Shown in pieces: positions 25,191 to 38,156 of a stretch of DNA of 64,000 bases. The position numbers and the translations under genes were made by a program. This stretch comes from Phoronis australis (Eukaryota > Animalia > Phoronida). Below the pieces are notes generated by a model. The model worked only from the letters and a program-made list of their open reading frames with translations, ran no database searches and was not told the origin of the DNA. The stretch spans positions 551,848-615,847 of the forward strand of contig NMRA01000130.1 in the NCBI GenBank assembly GCA_002633005.1, written 5' to 3'. How positions within the stretch are numbered: position 1 is the first letter of the stretch; each line of letters begins with the position of its first letter.

Positions 25191-25320
25191 GTCAACCGTC
25201 CAAGTTAAAGGTACGAATCAACTAAAAGCTTGGCGTCAACCTTCCAAGTTAAAGGTACGAATCAACTAAAAGCTTGGCGTCAACCTTCCAAGTTAAAGGT
25301 ACGAATCAACTAAAAGCTTG
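25191..25320 (+). repeat. Near-perfect tandem repeat, 44-bp unit x3
   Basis: GTCAACCTTCCAAGTTAAAGGTACGAATCAACTAAAAGCTTGGC starts at 25191, 25235 and 25279. The preceding sequence (25120-25190) is homologous to ~5105-5180. Confidence 0.95.
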
Positions 25321-28300
25321 TACTCCCTATGTCACAAATTGGACATTCTACTTCCTTCATGGGTGGTCTTTTTCCCCAGTTTCCATGTAATTTGCCCGTT
25401 TAGCAGACTTAGAAAGGAGTTTTCAAAATTTCCTCCAAACTTTTGAGGGTTGTCGATGGTTGCAGAGCATTTTTTATTTCAGAGAACTGGGTGGGAAAGT
25501 CGTTTTTAGTATATGTTAATTGGCCAAAACCGGATTTGGTATCCTTTTAAATGTTGGTCGGGAGGCAGTGGGTAGACTGAACCAAAAGAGGAATACTAAC
25601 AGGCCCAGTGTAATCTTTGGCGAAGACTTGCTTTAGCTAAATCCCTTTTCTTACTTGATGTGCCCATTGTTGCTGTTTATCCAGTTGGAACCGCGTTACA
25701 ATGATCCTGCTTTATGATGTTCGCACGCTGCATGTTACATTCCATATATATATGGATGCAACTCTCATTATTTTATTCCGTTCACGCTTTTCATTGTCTT
25801 TCTCAAACTATTTGTGTACTTTTTGATTTTAAGTTCTTGTTTTTACAGTGAACTAAAACAATCGATTAGACACTCAAGAAATGAGTGAAGTATCGCTTTA
25901 ACTTTTTACCTTCATGTATTAGAGCACCTCACATAATCAGAAATTCCACATATTAAATTTGCTTTTAGCGTCTAACTAATTCGTTTTGTTGCATATCTTA
26001 GTAGCCACCATTTTCTTGACCCGAGTTATTCACCAGATGATGTCCTGCTGCCTGTACACTCTCACAGCTAAACTGTCCTCTGAGTACAAAAATTAAGCTT
26101 TCGTTGCTTATGGAAGATTTGTTATGTTTATGCACTTAGCAAAGAATCTCAGTTGCTCACGCACACCTGTTTTATAAATTTCTAACTGGTCTACTTTCCA
26201 ATGCTCAACGTATGAACGATTATTTTTTTAAGAGTGCACTCGCGAGGGTTCGTTGTAATGTGGTTCAACTACACCTTTATAAACACGTAACTTGTTTGCT
26301 GTGCATATCATTTATTAACCAAATATATTACCACACTGTCAGATAACAATGCAATCTCATTTTGTAGAGAAAATTGTGTACTTAATTTTCATTCATATTT
26401 TGTCTTCCATTCTTGTTGTTTTCTACTCAAATTTTTAAAAAGTTAAATTGATTTTATTTTAAATTATATCTGTCTTCAAGTCTTTATTTTGATGAAACCT
26501 TGTATGCAGAGTGTGACTTTCTTGTCTATTTTGATTGGTTGAGGACAAGGTTAAAGAGTTTAGTTTTACACTGTTATTATATAATTTATGTAATCCACAA
26601 TTTTATATCATCACCGATATGACAATAAAAAAATTGAGTGTCCAAGTTGTATTTCTTATCCTTCACATAGTTATATCCAATATTGCTGTAATGCACACTT
26701 ACTGGAGTGCAAGCAACTAGTGACTCAGCAAGGAAGTTTAACACAGATAGCTCAAAGGCATCTAAGTGTAGCAGAGCATTGTTTTGAGAAATTATGAACC
26801 GACTTTTTTGAGAAGTGATTTGAATGCTGGCCAGTCGCTCAAAACAAGAGTTCACGAAGGTGTCCCAGTAGCCCTCGTACAACTAATTAGCCATTGATCA
26901 ATGTGCAAAATGTTGATATTCTGGCCAATAACCAGTGATCACCATGAAGGACGAACACAGCCTAATAAGTTACACCACTGGAATGTTGGTATCATAGTAA
27001 GAAGTATCTGCTAATTTGGGTGCAGATGCTAAGAATGCAAATCGGATGTCTGACGAGTGCTTGCATGTGCAGGGCCATGGGAAGGTCTCCCAAAAAACTT
27101 GCAGGTGTCTGGGTTAAAACGTGACAACTGGCATGGGCTATTTGATATATCTCTTATAATGCTGTTACTGCTTTTGTTAAAGCAATTTCCTTGAAATAAT
27201 GAGGCAAAATTCCAAAACTTAGTTGTTTATTTACAATATAAATACATAACATCACGGGTAGTCATCAACACCACCATTTTAACTGCTGTGCTTGACGCGT
27301 CCTCCACTTAAAAGTTCACGACAACGTGCACTGAATTTCCTAACACGATAATGTCACAAGAAACCGACAGGTACAGATCTGCCTTTCAGAGATCCACCCA
27401 CTAACAGTGGGCGGAGACAGCTCCACCTCATAATCATATATGGTTGTCGGTGGGCGGAGACAATAACACTTTTACACCATTTATGGCTTCCCGGTGGGAA
27501 GAGATGAACAAAGTTGATATTTACGTTTCACAGAGTTAATCCATAACACAATGTCACAGAATCTCAGACTTGCACCAGAAATAGACAAGAGGCAAACTTT
27601 ACACGTCCGTCTACAACGCTCGTCAATGTCACCACTAAAGTAACTGAAATGCGTTACTCCATCAACTAAAGTACTGAAAACAAAAAATTTTACATCACGG
27701 AATTATGTTGCATTTAACGGTAACCAGCTCTAAAATAATTTTTAGATAACTACGGCCAGTGTGTGTGTGTGTGTTTGTGTGGACAATTAATTTATTACCC
27801 ACTGGACGAAACAAGGTGTCTTTTGTATCAAATAGTAAAAAACGTGCTTTACCAGGGGGTATATTTCATGAAAAGTGACTTTGCACTTTAGTCTGAAATT
27901 CTGATTTGTGCTCACACAGATATTGAATTAAGTTTATGCCATGTAATTATTAGAGCCATCTCAGTTGTTTATAAATAATTTACAAAAATTATCAGAGCTA
28001 CTAGCTATGATGAGTATATTTTCAGTGACCCTGTAATTATGCTGAGGTGAAGTAAAACTATTTTTCAGAAATTGTGTGAAGCACAAGACAAAATTTTTGA
28101 CTTCAAGTAATCTATCACTTTTCACGAAACCATAGATTAATACATGGACCAGCAACTGTGCATATTCTCAGTGCACAAAATCTGTTATCTTGCACACAAG
28201 TCGTGACCAACACTATTGGCTGCGACATCACTATTCACTAGCGGCGCCTGGTGGAAGGACGAGCTTTACTTCTGGCAAGTACATTGTCTGCTCTCTGACT

Positions 28301-29916
28301 GGACAATGGCAGCTCCTCTAGGAAGTCCACACGCAAATATAGAGTTAGGAATATGTTGTCTATCACCTATGATGAAACTGAACCCAGGGGCCCATTTTAT
28401 CAATGGTGGCCTGCTAAGCCACAATCAAAATCACCGCATCCAATTTTTCATCTGTCACACACTTCACTAATATGCATCAATAAGATGGTTAAGGGAAATG
28501 CAGGACGTTATTGTTAAGTCTGTATATAGCCAAGCGTATACAACACTTAAGACTTCAACTTGGCAAAAGTTGATATTTTCTGAAATTATACAGCACATGA
28601 CCATTTATCTTTTCAGCGAAACTTAGCAATACAAGGGTACCAATAACATGATCAAATTTTGTTTGATAGAAATGTAGAAAATCACACAAATGCTGTTACA
28701 GTTTTCGGAATTATTACTTGGTCAAACAACTTTTGATTTTTTTTTCATAAAGATCATAAAAGTCCTTATGTTTGACAGCCTCTAATGAAGAAGGGGGACA
28801 TTTTAAAAGCAATCCCCAAAAGCACAGAGGAGCACAACGCATGAGGCATGGTATCTGAAAGTTTCACATGACTCCGATCAGAGACTTCTAAAATATGACG
28901 TTCCAAAGTTGACCAAATTTGGATATTTTTCTAGGGTCCTTCATAGCCTTAAGATGTTAGTTATTAAGCTTTGTTTCCATAACACAAGGGTGCCCTAGTA
29001 ATCACATGCCTGTGACCATCTAAGACAAGGCAAACCAACTTTGATAAAATGGATCCCAGAAAGTTGCAACTTACTGACAATAGCCCTCACATCAACTGTT
29101 AACTTACTAAAATAACTATTTTCACTCAGCAAAGCTTACACTGCTATTGAATTTCATTCAAAACACCTAATTTAGAAATCACATTTCGAAAAAGATATTT
29201 TATCGTTAAGTTTTACGAAAATATGCAACAAACACATTGGTAAATTTAAATAATAAACAAAAATACATCAAGAAACAAATAATTCTGATTGGACGATCAT
29301 CCAATTAAACATATCATTATAGTATCTAACAAGTTGTGATCACAACATGAAGCAAATAATAATAAAAAAACAAATAAATACATACTCCAATAAGGTTTGA
29401 ACTGACAAACTTACACTCACCTCTCTTCGTGAATAGAATCGATTTTCATTTCTACATAATAACATGTTCAGCTATTCTAATAAGTACTAAAAGGCGAGGG
29501 TAACTGAAGAGTTTGACGATAAAGCTTTGACATTTTGCACTTTCCAAGTAGCAGCGATACAAAGGCATGACACTGCACTGGTCACAAAAAAATGGCACAG
29601 TGCAAAAATCACCAAAAGATGGCGACTGAAAACCTTAAATCCAATCTCCAGTACAGAGTTGATAATGCGAGCTCAGTAATTCTTAGCTTATTTTTCAAAA
29701 AAATTACTACATAAAAATTTTCTGTGTTATTGACAGTTGCCAAGTGCATACAATGTTAAAAATCGAATAGAATTTTTGCTTTTAATTTTTGTCAAGAGCT
29801 TTTACAAAATAAAATTTCACTTGTCGGCCACATTTCTATGGGTAAATACGCAAAGAACTACCAAACACAATCATGAATTTATCCGAATACTACTTCCTAC
29901 TTCTCGAACTCTCATT

Positions 29917-30138
29917 ATGGTAAAATCTCGCCAATTTTGGACAAAAATAATTGCCAAAATTGCCCTTTGTTCTTTTTCAAGTGCTTATAACACTGGTGTG
30001 AATGCTCCCATTTTTTAAAAATATTATATGACCGTAGCTATTGTATAGAGCACGGAAAAGCATTAATATAGAAAAACGATCTAACAAAATTTCACTTGTC
30101 GGCCATATTGTGTCCTGAATAGGTGACATTTTACCGTA
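29917..30138. mobile_element. TA-flanked MITE family 2, ~220-250 bp (other copies ~31905-32145, 43470-43700, 45915-46040, 53000-53250, 56052-56300, 57466-57682)
   Basis: TIR consensus TACGGTAAAATCTCACCAATTT.GGACA ... TGTCCTAAATTGGTGAGATTTTACCGTA is seen repeatedly, with a shared body AATAATTGCCAAAATTGC...GAATGCTC.CA.TTTT. Confidence 0.75.
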
Positions 30139-31015
30139 ACCTTTGAACCCGAAGAATCGTAGAGTGAATAAAAACACACATCACAAACGCGTGACGATAA
30201 ATAGTATGGCACCCTACAATTGCGAATCGTGGACTTCGTGACAATGTCCACACACCGGACTGATTCATGCCATTAAAAGTGAGCTTAACTTTATTCTGCG
30301 ATTTGCATTCTCTTACATCTACAACCAGCAACCGAACAGGTCTCGGAATATATCACAATCTCTTTAAGCAAGTCAAAATAAGCCACAGTAATGCCTGTGA
30401 GGCGGCGATTTGCGTCAAGATGGACGCTGGTCGCGACAGACTTGTTCCAGACCTGCCCCGTGTAAGAAATCAATTCAGTTCGTAACTTTCTGTTACAAAT
30501 GACAAGATCGCAACAAGGAAAAATAAACAAATGAATGATGAACATGCGATCCATCACACGTAACTTTCCAAAGACTTTCAAAAAGTCTTAGGACCGGATC
30601 AGAGATTTCAATGGTACAAAAATTACACCAGTAACGCTTATTAGAGCATACAGTACTGAGGCATCTATTCAGCTAGCAAAGGATTTTTATCTAGATAACT
30701 ACAGCTGCTCATGCATTCTGGGAGTTGAAAAAGTGAAAACGTGGACATTTTTGAGGGAGTGTTAAGCCTAAGATAGGCAGAAACTTCAACAAGTGACAGC
30801 TACCAAGTACAAGCCATTTCATATTTAGTTTTGTTAATAAATTTAACAAATTAAATCTATCTTGTGTGCCATACCGTGCAGAAATTAGGTGCTGCACTGG
30901 TATCCCGACAAGAAACTCAAGCGCCCACCACTAACTCTTCCTCGCAATAAAGTGTCCAGTTTGTTTTCAAAATTGCACGTCAGAAGCTGTGCTGAAAGAA
31001 TCGAGCGTTGTATTA

Positions 31016-31307
31016 CGGTAGAAATTCTCCATTTTGGGACAGTGAAGACTTAATTATTTTGCTCAAGGTCAGAGCTTGTCCCAAATTCTAGAAATAGGCA
31101 ATATTGGTCGTCCCAACTTCAAGAATCACCTGAAAAACAGCAAAATCACCCACTCTGTAGATTGAAAACACATCATTGTCCAAAACTCGAGAAATATGGT
31201 GAATGCCAAAATTGCCCTTGTCCCAAATTCCAGAATCAAGAACATTTTTCTGGAAGTTTTTGTGTCCCAAATTCTAGAGGCTGTCCTAAAATGATGAGTT
31301 TTTACCG
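31016..31307. mobile_element. TA-flanked MITE family 1, best-preserved copy (also ~52590-52958, partial 63500-63598)
   Basis: TA|CGGTAGAAATTCTCCATTTTGGGACAG ... CTGTCCTAAAATGATGAGTTTTTACCG|TA; TA target duplication; internal TGTCCCAAATT repeats. Confidence 0.8.
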
Positions 31308-32184
31308 TAACTCACAGAAATCTGCACCAGTAAAACATGATTAATGGAAACGCTGCTGTGTGAACTTAAAATACCAAGACTAAAGAAATACAAACAAAAA
31401 GAACATGTTGACAGTAACTTGTGAAAATTCAAGCCGTGACATCTTCCATTATTTTTGTGGTCATTCATTTTTGCCCGTTCTCGCTTGTCGCTTATCTTGT
31501 GGTTATTTCATATTGCTAAGAAATCAAAAATCAACAAAGAGTTCCAACAGGACTGCACTGAACCCAACTACAGTAAATGATCATGCAGCCACACACTACT
31601 GGCACTTTTGCAAATGTCCAATACAGGTTCAAGATGGCTGCGTTTCCTTGGTCACCATAGAAACCAAAATATAAAACAATGCACTACACACTCGACGCTT
31701 CATAGACACATCACAGAACGTTACATGGCATCTTTTCCATTCACATCACACGGCCATAGTCCAGCCACTCAGTGGCTCCGCCTGCCAGACAAGCTGGAAA
31801 CATATTCACTTAAGGCCAGCGTTCGTGAGTGAAAGCTCGAGAAATCACAGGGTGCTCTTGGTAATGAGCACGATATCTCATGAAACCTTGCGCGACCTTG
31901 CCTATGGTACAATCTCACCAAATTTGGACGAAAATAACGGCCAAAACTGCTCGATTTCAAGGGCTTCTAGCACAGTTAAGAATGCCCACATCTTTTCAAA
32001 ATACCGCATACTGGTAGCTACGAGACTAGAAAACAGCAAATTATTAATTTTGGTTGGTGCTACCCGTTTCTTATGAAATACAAGAAATTAAACACGTTTT
32101 ACTCATATGTCCGCCACAACCCATCCTTCATTGGTGAGATTTCCCTTAGTGAATTTGGCCCAGGCATCACATGCCCAGTGCACT

Positions 32185-32329
32185 TCATGACTGCTTGGCC
32201 CGTTTCCTGGGCGGCCCCAGAGGTAAACTCTGTTGACTGGCGAGGGCTCGGAATGCTTCAGCTATTAGATGTGGGTGACTCTGGACCATCGTCTTCCAGC
32301 CTGTCGTCTCCATCACATCTTTGGCTTGA
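32185..32329 (-). CDS. SPOP: Speckle-type POZ protein, coding exon 8 (terminal; C-terminal NLS)
   Basis: GATTTCAG|(S)[47 protein letters not shown]; matches the SPOP C-terminus with the PPRKR.KQS NLS. Confidence 0.97.
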
Positions 32330-32520
32330 CTGAAATCACACAAAGCACACAGTGCATCATCTCTGTTGATTCACAGCATCTTTACCGATTCATTACGCCG
32401 ATAGCCGCTAAGATTCTCCAGCATTTTTTGGAAAGTTTTATTCTATTTTGTCACGTTTCTCAATAAAAACGCATAAAGAGAGAAACTAATGTGTTGTTAA
32501 CAAGTTATATGCTGCAAAGA

Positions 32521-33278
32521 CGCCACAATAAACACCTGATACAGAATTTTGAGTTACGGGGGCCAGGGCAGAGTATTAGCCAGGATTTTGCCCGTCAGAC
32601 ATTCGCACCCCCGAACTGTCAAATGGAATCTGGGAGAATTTTAGGGGGGGACATGGCCCCCTTGGCCCCCCCTCTAAATCTGCCACTGAGCATTCTCAGT
32701 TTTCGTATCAATGCGACAAACCTTGGAAAATGGAAAATGAAGTTTTGGTAATTTTTCTTCACTAGCGCCACCTTGTGAATCACCATACAAATGAAACACC
32801 ACAAGTGAAAAATGCCTTTGAAATGACTCCACCACGTGCCTTGGTCATACCTGTTGATGAAGTCAATTGCATGTGTTTTCAGCTGTTCGGCNCGCCGCAA
32901 TAAACACCTGATAGCATCGGGGGCAGATACAGAATTTTGAGTTACGGGGGCCAGGGCAGAGTATTAGCCAGGATTTTGCCCGTCAGACATTCGCACCCCC
33001 GAACTGTCAAATGGAATCTGGGAGAATTTTAGGGGGGACATGGCCCCCATGGCCCCCCCTCTAAATCTGCCACTGAGCATTCTCAGTTTTCGTATCAATG
33101 CGACAAACCTTGGAAAATGGAAAATGAAGTTTTGGTAATTTTTCTTCACTAGCGCCACCTTGTGAATCACCATACAAATGAAACACCACAAGTGAAAAAT
33201 GCCTTTGAAATGACTCCACCACGTGCCTTGGTCATACCTGTTGATGAAGTCAATTGCATGTGTTTTCAGCTGTTCGGC
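32521..33278. repeat. ~371/386-bp direct duplication on either side of the single N (32892); likely assembly artefact
   Basis: 32521-32891 matches 32893-33278 apart from a 16-bp indel, one G-run length difference and a few SNPs; it duplicates the 3' 41 nt of SPOP exon 7. Confidence 0.9.
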
Positions 33279-33380
33279 ACTGTGTAGGTCCGCCAGCACC
33301 AGTATTTCTGAGACATTTTCTATGGTGAGATTGGAACACAAGGCCTCTTCGCACATTACTTTGAGTCGCTCGAGGGCGTA
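33238..33380 (-). CDS. SPOP: SPOP coding exon 7 (BTB end/BACK)
   Basis: TTGTTCCAG|[47 protein letters not shown](S)|GTATGA; 143 nt. Confidence 0.98.
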
Positions 33381-33825
33381 CTGGAACAAAGCAATGAGAA
33401 CACCATTAGCCAACCTAATGTCAAAAACTACAAAAAGACTATCAAACGATGGTGATATCAGAAGCTAATACACAAACGAAGTTTAAAATCAAAATGAAAT
33501 CTGACTGGTAAGACATTACTGCAAGCTTCCAGGGTTGGAATGCAGTACAAGCTAAGGGGAACATGCATGTAGGTTTGCCATTTGCTAAGACGCTAAAACA
33601 AAAAATACAGGCATTATAGTAACCATTTGTTTCAGTTTGCTGAAAACCTAAAAAACTTTCAGGATCTTGATTTTACTTCGAATGTTAAAGAAAAAAGTGC
33701 TAACGAGATTAAAAAGTTCCAACTCTGCCAAGAAGTTTACCACCCTGATAAAAAACACCACTTCAACTGACACTGCCACTTCCATTGCTGGTACTACTAT
33801 AAGAGATTACTAAATGAATGCTAAC

Positions 33826-34004
33826 TTTATCTGCTGCTGCCAATAGATCGTCTGCCATTTTGTCAAGGTTGGGTGCCTTGTCTGTGTAGACAAACTTTAG
33901 CATCTCCTTCATGACTTCTGCGTCTACGTCTGTGATGTCCACGTGGTTCTTAGTTCGCTCTTCCATCTCATGCTCAAACATTGCATTGAACACCGGCGAC
34001 CTCG
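33826..34004 (-). CDS. SPOP: SPOP coding exon 6 (BTB)
   Basis: TGTTTCCAG|(A)[59 protein letters not shown]|GTTAGC; 179 nt. Confidence 0.98.
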
Positions 34005-35061
34005 CTGGAAACAGAAGTTATATTGTTTACGCCTCGCTCTAAAGTAAAATACACCAACCTTTCACACAGAGGTTTACTCTTCCTAAGTCACATTACCACT
34101 TCTTATTCTTTGTTTGAATTGAAAATCACCTCGGCGGCTACCCCACGCTGCATTTGCAACTAAAACTAACACGATGCCACAAGAAACGTAATAGGGCGGG
34201 GCAACAGGGCGGGGCCTGAAGCAGTGATGACCTGTTGGTTCTTCTCCAGCCTAGGAATCATGTCTAATCTGAGAAAGTGGCCAAATTCAAAAGTTGGTTC
34301 AAGACAATAGGTGGCACTTTAATCAATGCATTGAACTCTGGTGACCCTGCTATAAACAATGTAAGTTGTATTGTTTTCATGGAACAAAATATCAATATCA
34401 GCGATTTTCAATGTCAGAGATGTAAAACTCTTCATAGCTTGTTCTTTTACACACAGTACGCGTGAAAAATGACTCTTGTTCTCGACAACAGGAAATTCGA
34501 ACTTGACGTGAATCACAAAATTTACGCACATGCTCAAATAGATTTCCATGTTTAACATGTGGGGAGTTTGTAAGCAAAGTATTGGAATAAATGCATCGAA
34601 CTAATTCCACTGACGTTAAAAGTCCTGAAACAAGAGTACTAAGGTCCCAAAAGTTGCACAGGTTTTGAGATAACTCGACACAACTAGTCCAAACTCGACA
34701 CAGCGTCGAGTCAAACTAGGTTGTGGAGAACACTGCAAATCGCTTAAAATGACGCAGAATTACACAACAAGACTGCCGAGAGTATGAGAAATTAACTGCT
34801 GTAGAAGCAACTCATCCCAACAGGACCGGGATCGTCATGCAATTTACCAGAAAGTAAACATGGTGCAAATACTACTCTATAGCTAGGATTTTGTTGATGC
34901 GAAGAGTTTTACACATCGTTTCTGCAGCATATATAGAATCGGCCATCATGACGGTAAAGTGGGAATTTTTCATTACTTTTGGCATGTGCTGAGAAGACAT
35001 AGCGTTTACAGTTACAACTTACACTGAAGATAAGCCAAAGCTGGAAGACTTGAAAACTCAC

Positions 35062-35239
35062 CGGCCAAAACAGCTTTGTGTGCCTGGAACTCAACTCCAT
35101 TAACAGCCAGCGTGACATCACTGAATGCTGACCTATCAAACAAACTACCAAGGTCATCGCTAAGACGACATTCAGGTACTTTCACAGGACTTGAATTTGA
35201 TTGTCCAGAGACATTAATTGTATCGCCTACTACACTAAC
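35062..35239 (-). CDS. SPOP: SPOP coding exon 5 (MATH-BTB linker, BTB start)
   Basis: ATTTCAG|[59 protein letters not shown]|GTGAGT; 178 nt. Confidence 0.98.
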
Positions 35240-35981
35240 CTGAAATATAGAAGAGACCACAATTTTTAACAATGATGACAAATTACATTACTTGAATAAA
35301 AACGTATCATAAGTAAAAAATAATTAGCATGATCAAGAGTACACATAACAACAGAAAAGAATAGAACAATTAACATTTGCAAATAGCGCTTGTTTAGGGA
35401 TCTTGAACTCATTTAACAAACAAAATAACAGGCAAAGATTTCTTAAAAATAGCAGCATTTGCCTCCTTTTTGTGTTTACTGTGGATAGCATGAACTAACA
35501 GCATTCAGAATTCGCAGGAAAGACTGAATCTCATCAAATATAACACTGATATACAATGAAGTCCATTTAAATGTTTAAATTTTACTGCGATCCTTAATAC
35601 GTCATGTGTAATTATTTCGATCACATTTAGTGACAAATAAAGGACCAACTAAATGAGTTAGACGACACAGTTCACTGTGACCAGCCAGTGGTTGTAAAAC
35701 AAATCAAACACAGACGATGCCTTAAAGAGACATTATCGGCGAGAAAATTGATATTTCTGAGACCAGTCTCAGCGTGAAATGAAACTCGCAACCACAAGCT
35801 ATGCTGGTAGAGCTAAATTCCACTTCATAAATGGTATGAAGTATTTTAAGTGTATTCATCTGGTGAAGTCACTGGCCTCGATTCCAGTGAATGGCTGGTA
35901 GACAATGGCAAGAATTGGTGATTTGTCATAAAATCACACAAACACAACAGATTTTCATGTTTTATAGCTCTGGTCACAGTT

Positions 35982-36154
35982 GATAACTTCAAGAAGTCTA
36001 TCCCTTCCAACAATAATAACTTCAAGAAGTCTATCCCATCCAACAATAATAATAACTTCAAGAAGTCTATCCCATCCAACAATAGTAATAACTTCAAGAA
36101 GTCTATCCCACCCAACAATAATAACTTCAAGAAGCCTATCCCATCCAACAATAA
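35982..36154. repeat. Minisatellite, 30-36-bp unit x5
   Basis: ATAACTTCAAGAAGTCTATCCCATCCAACAATA(ATA) repeated with a variable AAT tract, in SPOP intron 4. Confidence 0.92.
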
Positions 36155-36926
36155 TCTGTTTCTCAGTCGTAAAGTCGATAATGTCACTAAAGGTCAAAAC
36201 GACACAAAGTAAGCATTTTTACAATGGGCTGCACAAAAGTAAGAATAGACGAAGTGTTGAACAATCTGAGTGAGAACCTTGTGGATGATATCGCATTCGC
36301 AGCATGTTTTTTTGCTAAAGTGGCCCACTTCAGCACGTCCCTGGCCTGTTTCGGAACGATGGAAAGACAGGCTCAGATGTCCTGAATTAGCATAGCTATA
36401 ACTTTTCAATAGGTGGGGCCAAATTTGAAAAGCGATTATTTCCCACTCTGTATTTTGTTAATTAAATAACTACACTCTTAAATACAAGAATTAAGTTTGC
36501 TACATATGCTCTGTCTTCGAAATAACGGTGTGTGAATGTCGTTCGATCTCCGAGAGCAAAAGTGAAATTTTTTCCCAAAACGGTATGGAAACCGGTTACG
36601 AAACCAATGGAGATGTGAAGACCTTACTCTACTTGTTCATTAAGACGCTCAAAGTCTGCAGCTTTATCCACTGATTGGGGTGCTTAGTTGCACACTCTGA
36701 TTAATACTTGTTTGGTGAAGGATATTCAAGTTACCCATGCTTACGCGTGCACTCAAAAACCTCTTTGAACCGAGTAGATGGAGCAATGGCGCCCTTGTGT
36801 CCCACCGTGGCAACCCACTGATGTCCTGGGAACCAGTTTGGTGTGTCAGTTGCTCAAGTTCACAGTTCTTCGTAATAATTAGGATAACGCGAAAGAATAG
36901 TTAAGCTAACTGTTAAAGCATGTCTA

Positions 36927-37318
<392 letters not shown>

Positions 37319-37349
37319 ACTGGTTGAACACAGAAATCCTATCAGACTT

Positions 37350-37440
37350 AGCAGTTAGCATCCTGGTAGGGGCTGAAATCTCTTCAGACTTATATACATT
37401 AGATCACATGATGTGACCAACAGGTGGCGTGCAGACCAGA
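37350..37440 (+). mobile_element. SINE family B, 5'-degraded copy inverted relative to its neighbour
   Basis: GGGGCTGAAATCTCTTCAGACTTAT...ATGTGACCAACAGGTGGCGTGCAGACCAGA is the reverse complement of 37178-37249. Confidence 0.75.
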
Positions 37441-37946
37441 CAAAAATGTTAGCGATCTACATTTCCACGCAGGTTCAAGATTTACATGTTGACATTCCCA
37501 ACAGTCTTTAAAACAGTCTTTCCTAAGAAGTTTACTACCTGTCATTCGTTTTTTCAAGTGATGCCCACTATGAGTAAATTGAAACGTCTACCACTGAACA
37601 GCCAGCACTTGAATGAAAAGGTTGACGTAACAACTTGAATACAACTCACAATTCTCCACATGGCCATGAGGATTGCTCGGGCGAAAACAAAAAAGGCCGT
37701 AAGTCGAGAGATCCCAGGAATGATCTGTTAACGACTTCTGAAGTTACAGTTCACCAAAACAGAACAACATGGGAAGTCGATATACGTGGGGACAGCCACT
37801 TATTTTTTAATTGATGTCACTCGCAAGAACTTCTGAGACAAGTAAAAAATTGATAATGTTGGTTCAAAAATCCGCAATTTGCCTAGTCACATATTGTCCC
37901 AATAAGTTGCAGTGCAAAGCCTGTCCAAGTCACACTAGCATGGCTA

Positions 37947-38156
<210 letters not shown>

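Noticed and set aside
32619-32900. Second SPOP/BACK gene fragment
   Set aside because: It arises from the duplication around the N; most likely an assembly overlap.
35846-36273. Leucine-rich-repeat-like ORFs (LLLDGIDFLKLL..., ITSRSLSHPTI...)
   Set aside because: These are translations of a minisatellite whose unit lengths are multiples of three; it is open in several frames and lies in a SPOP intron.
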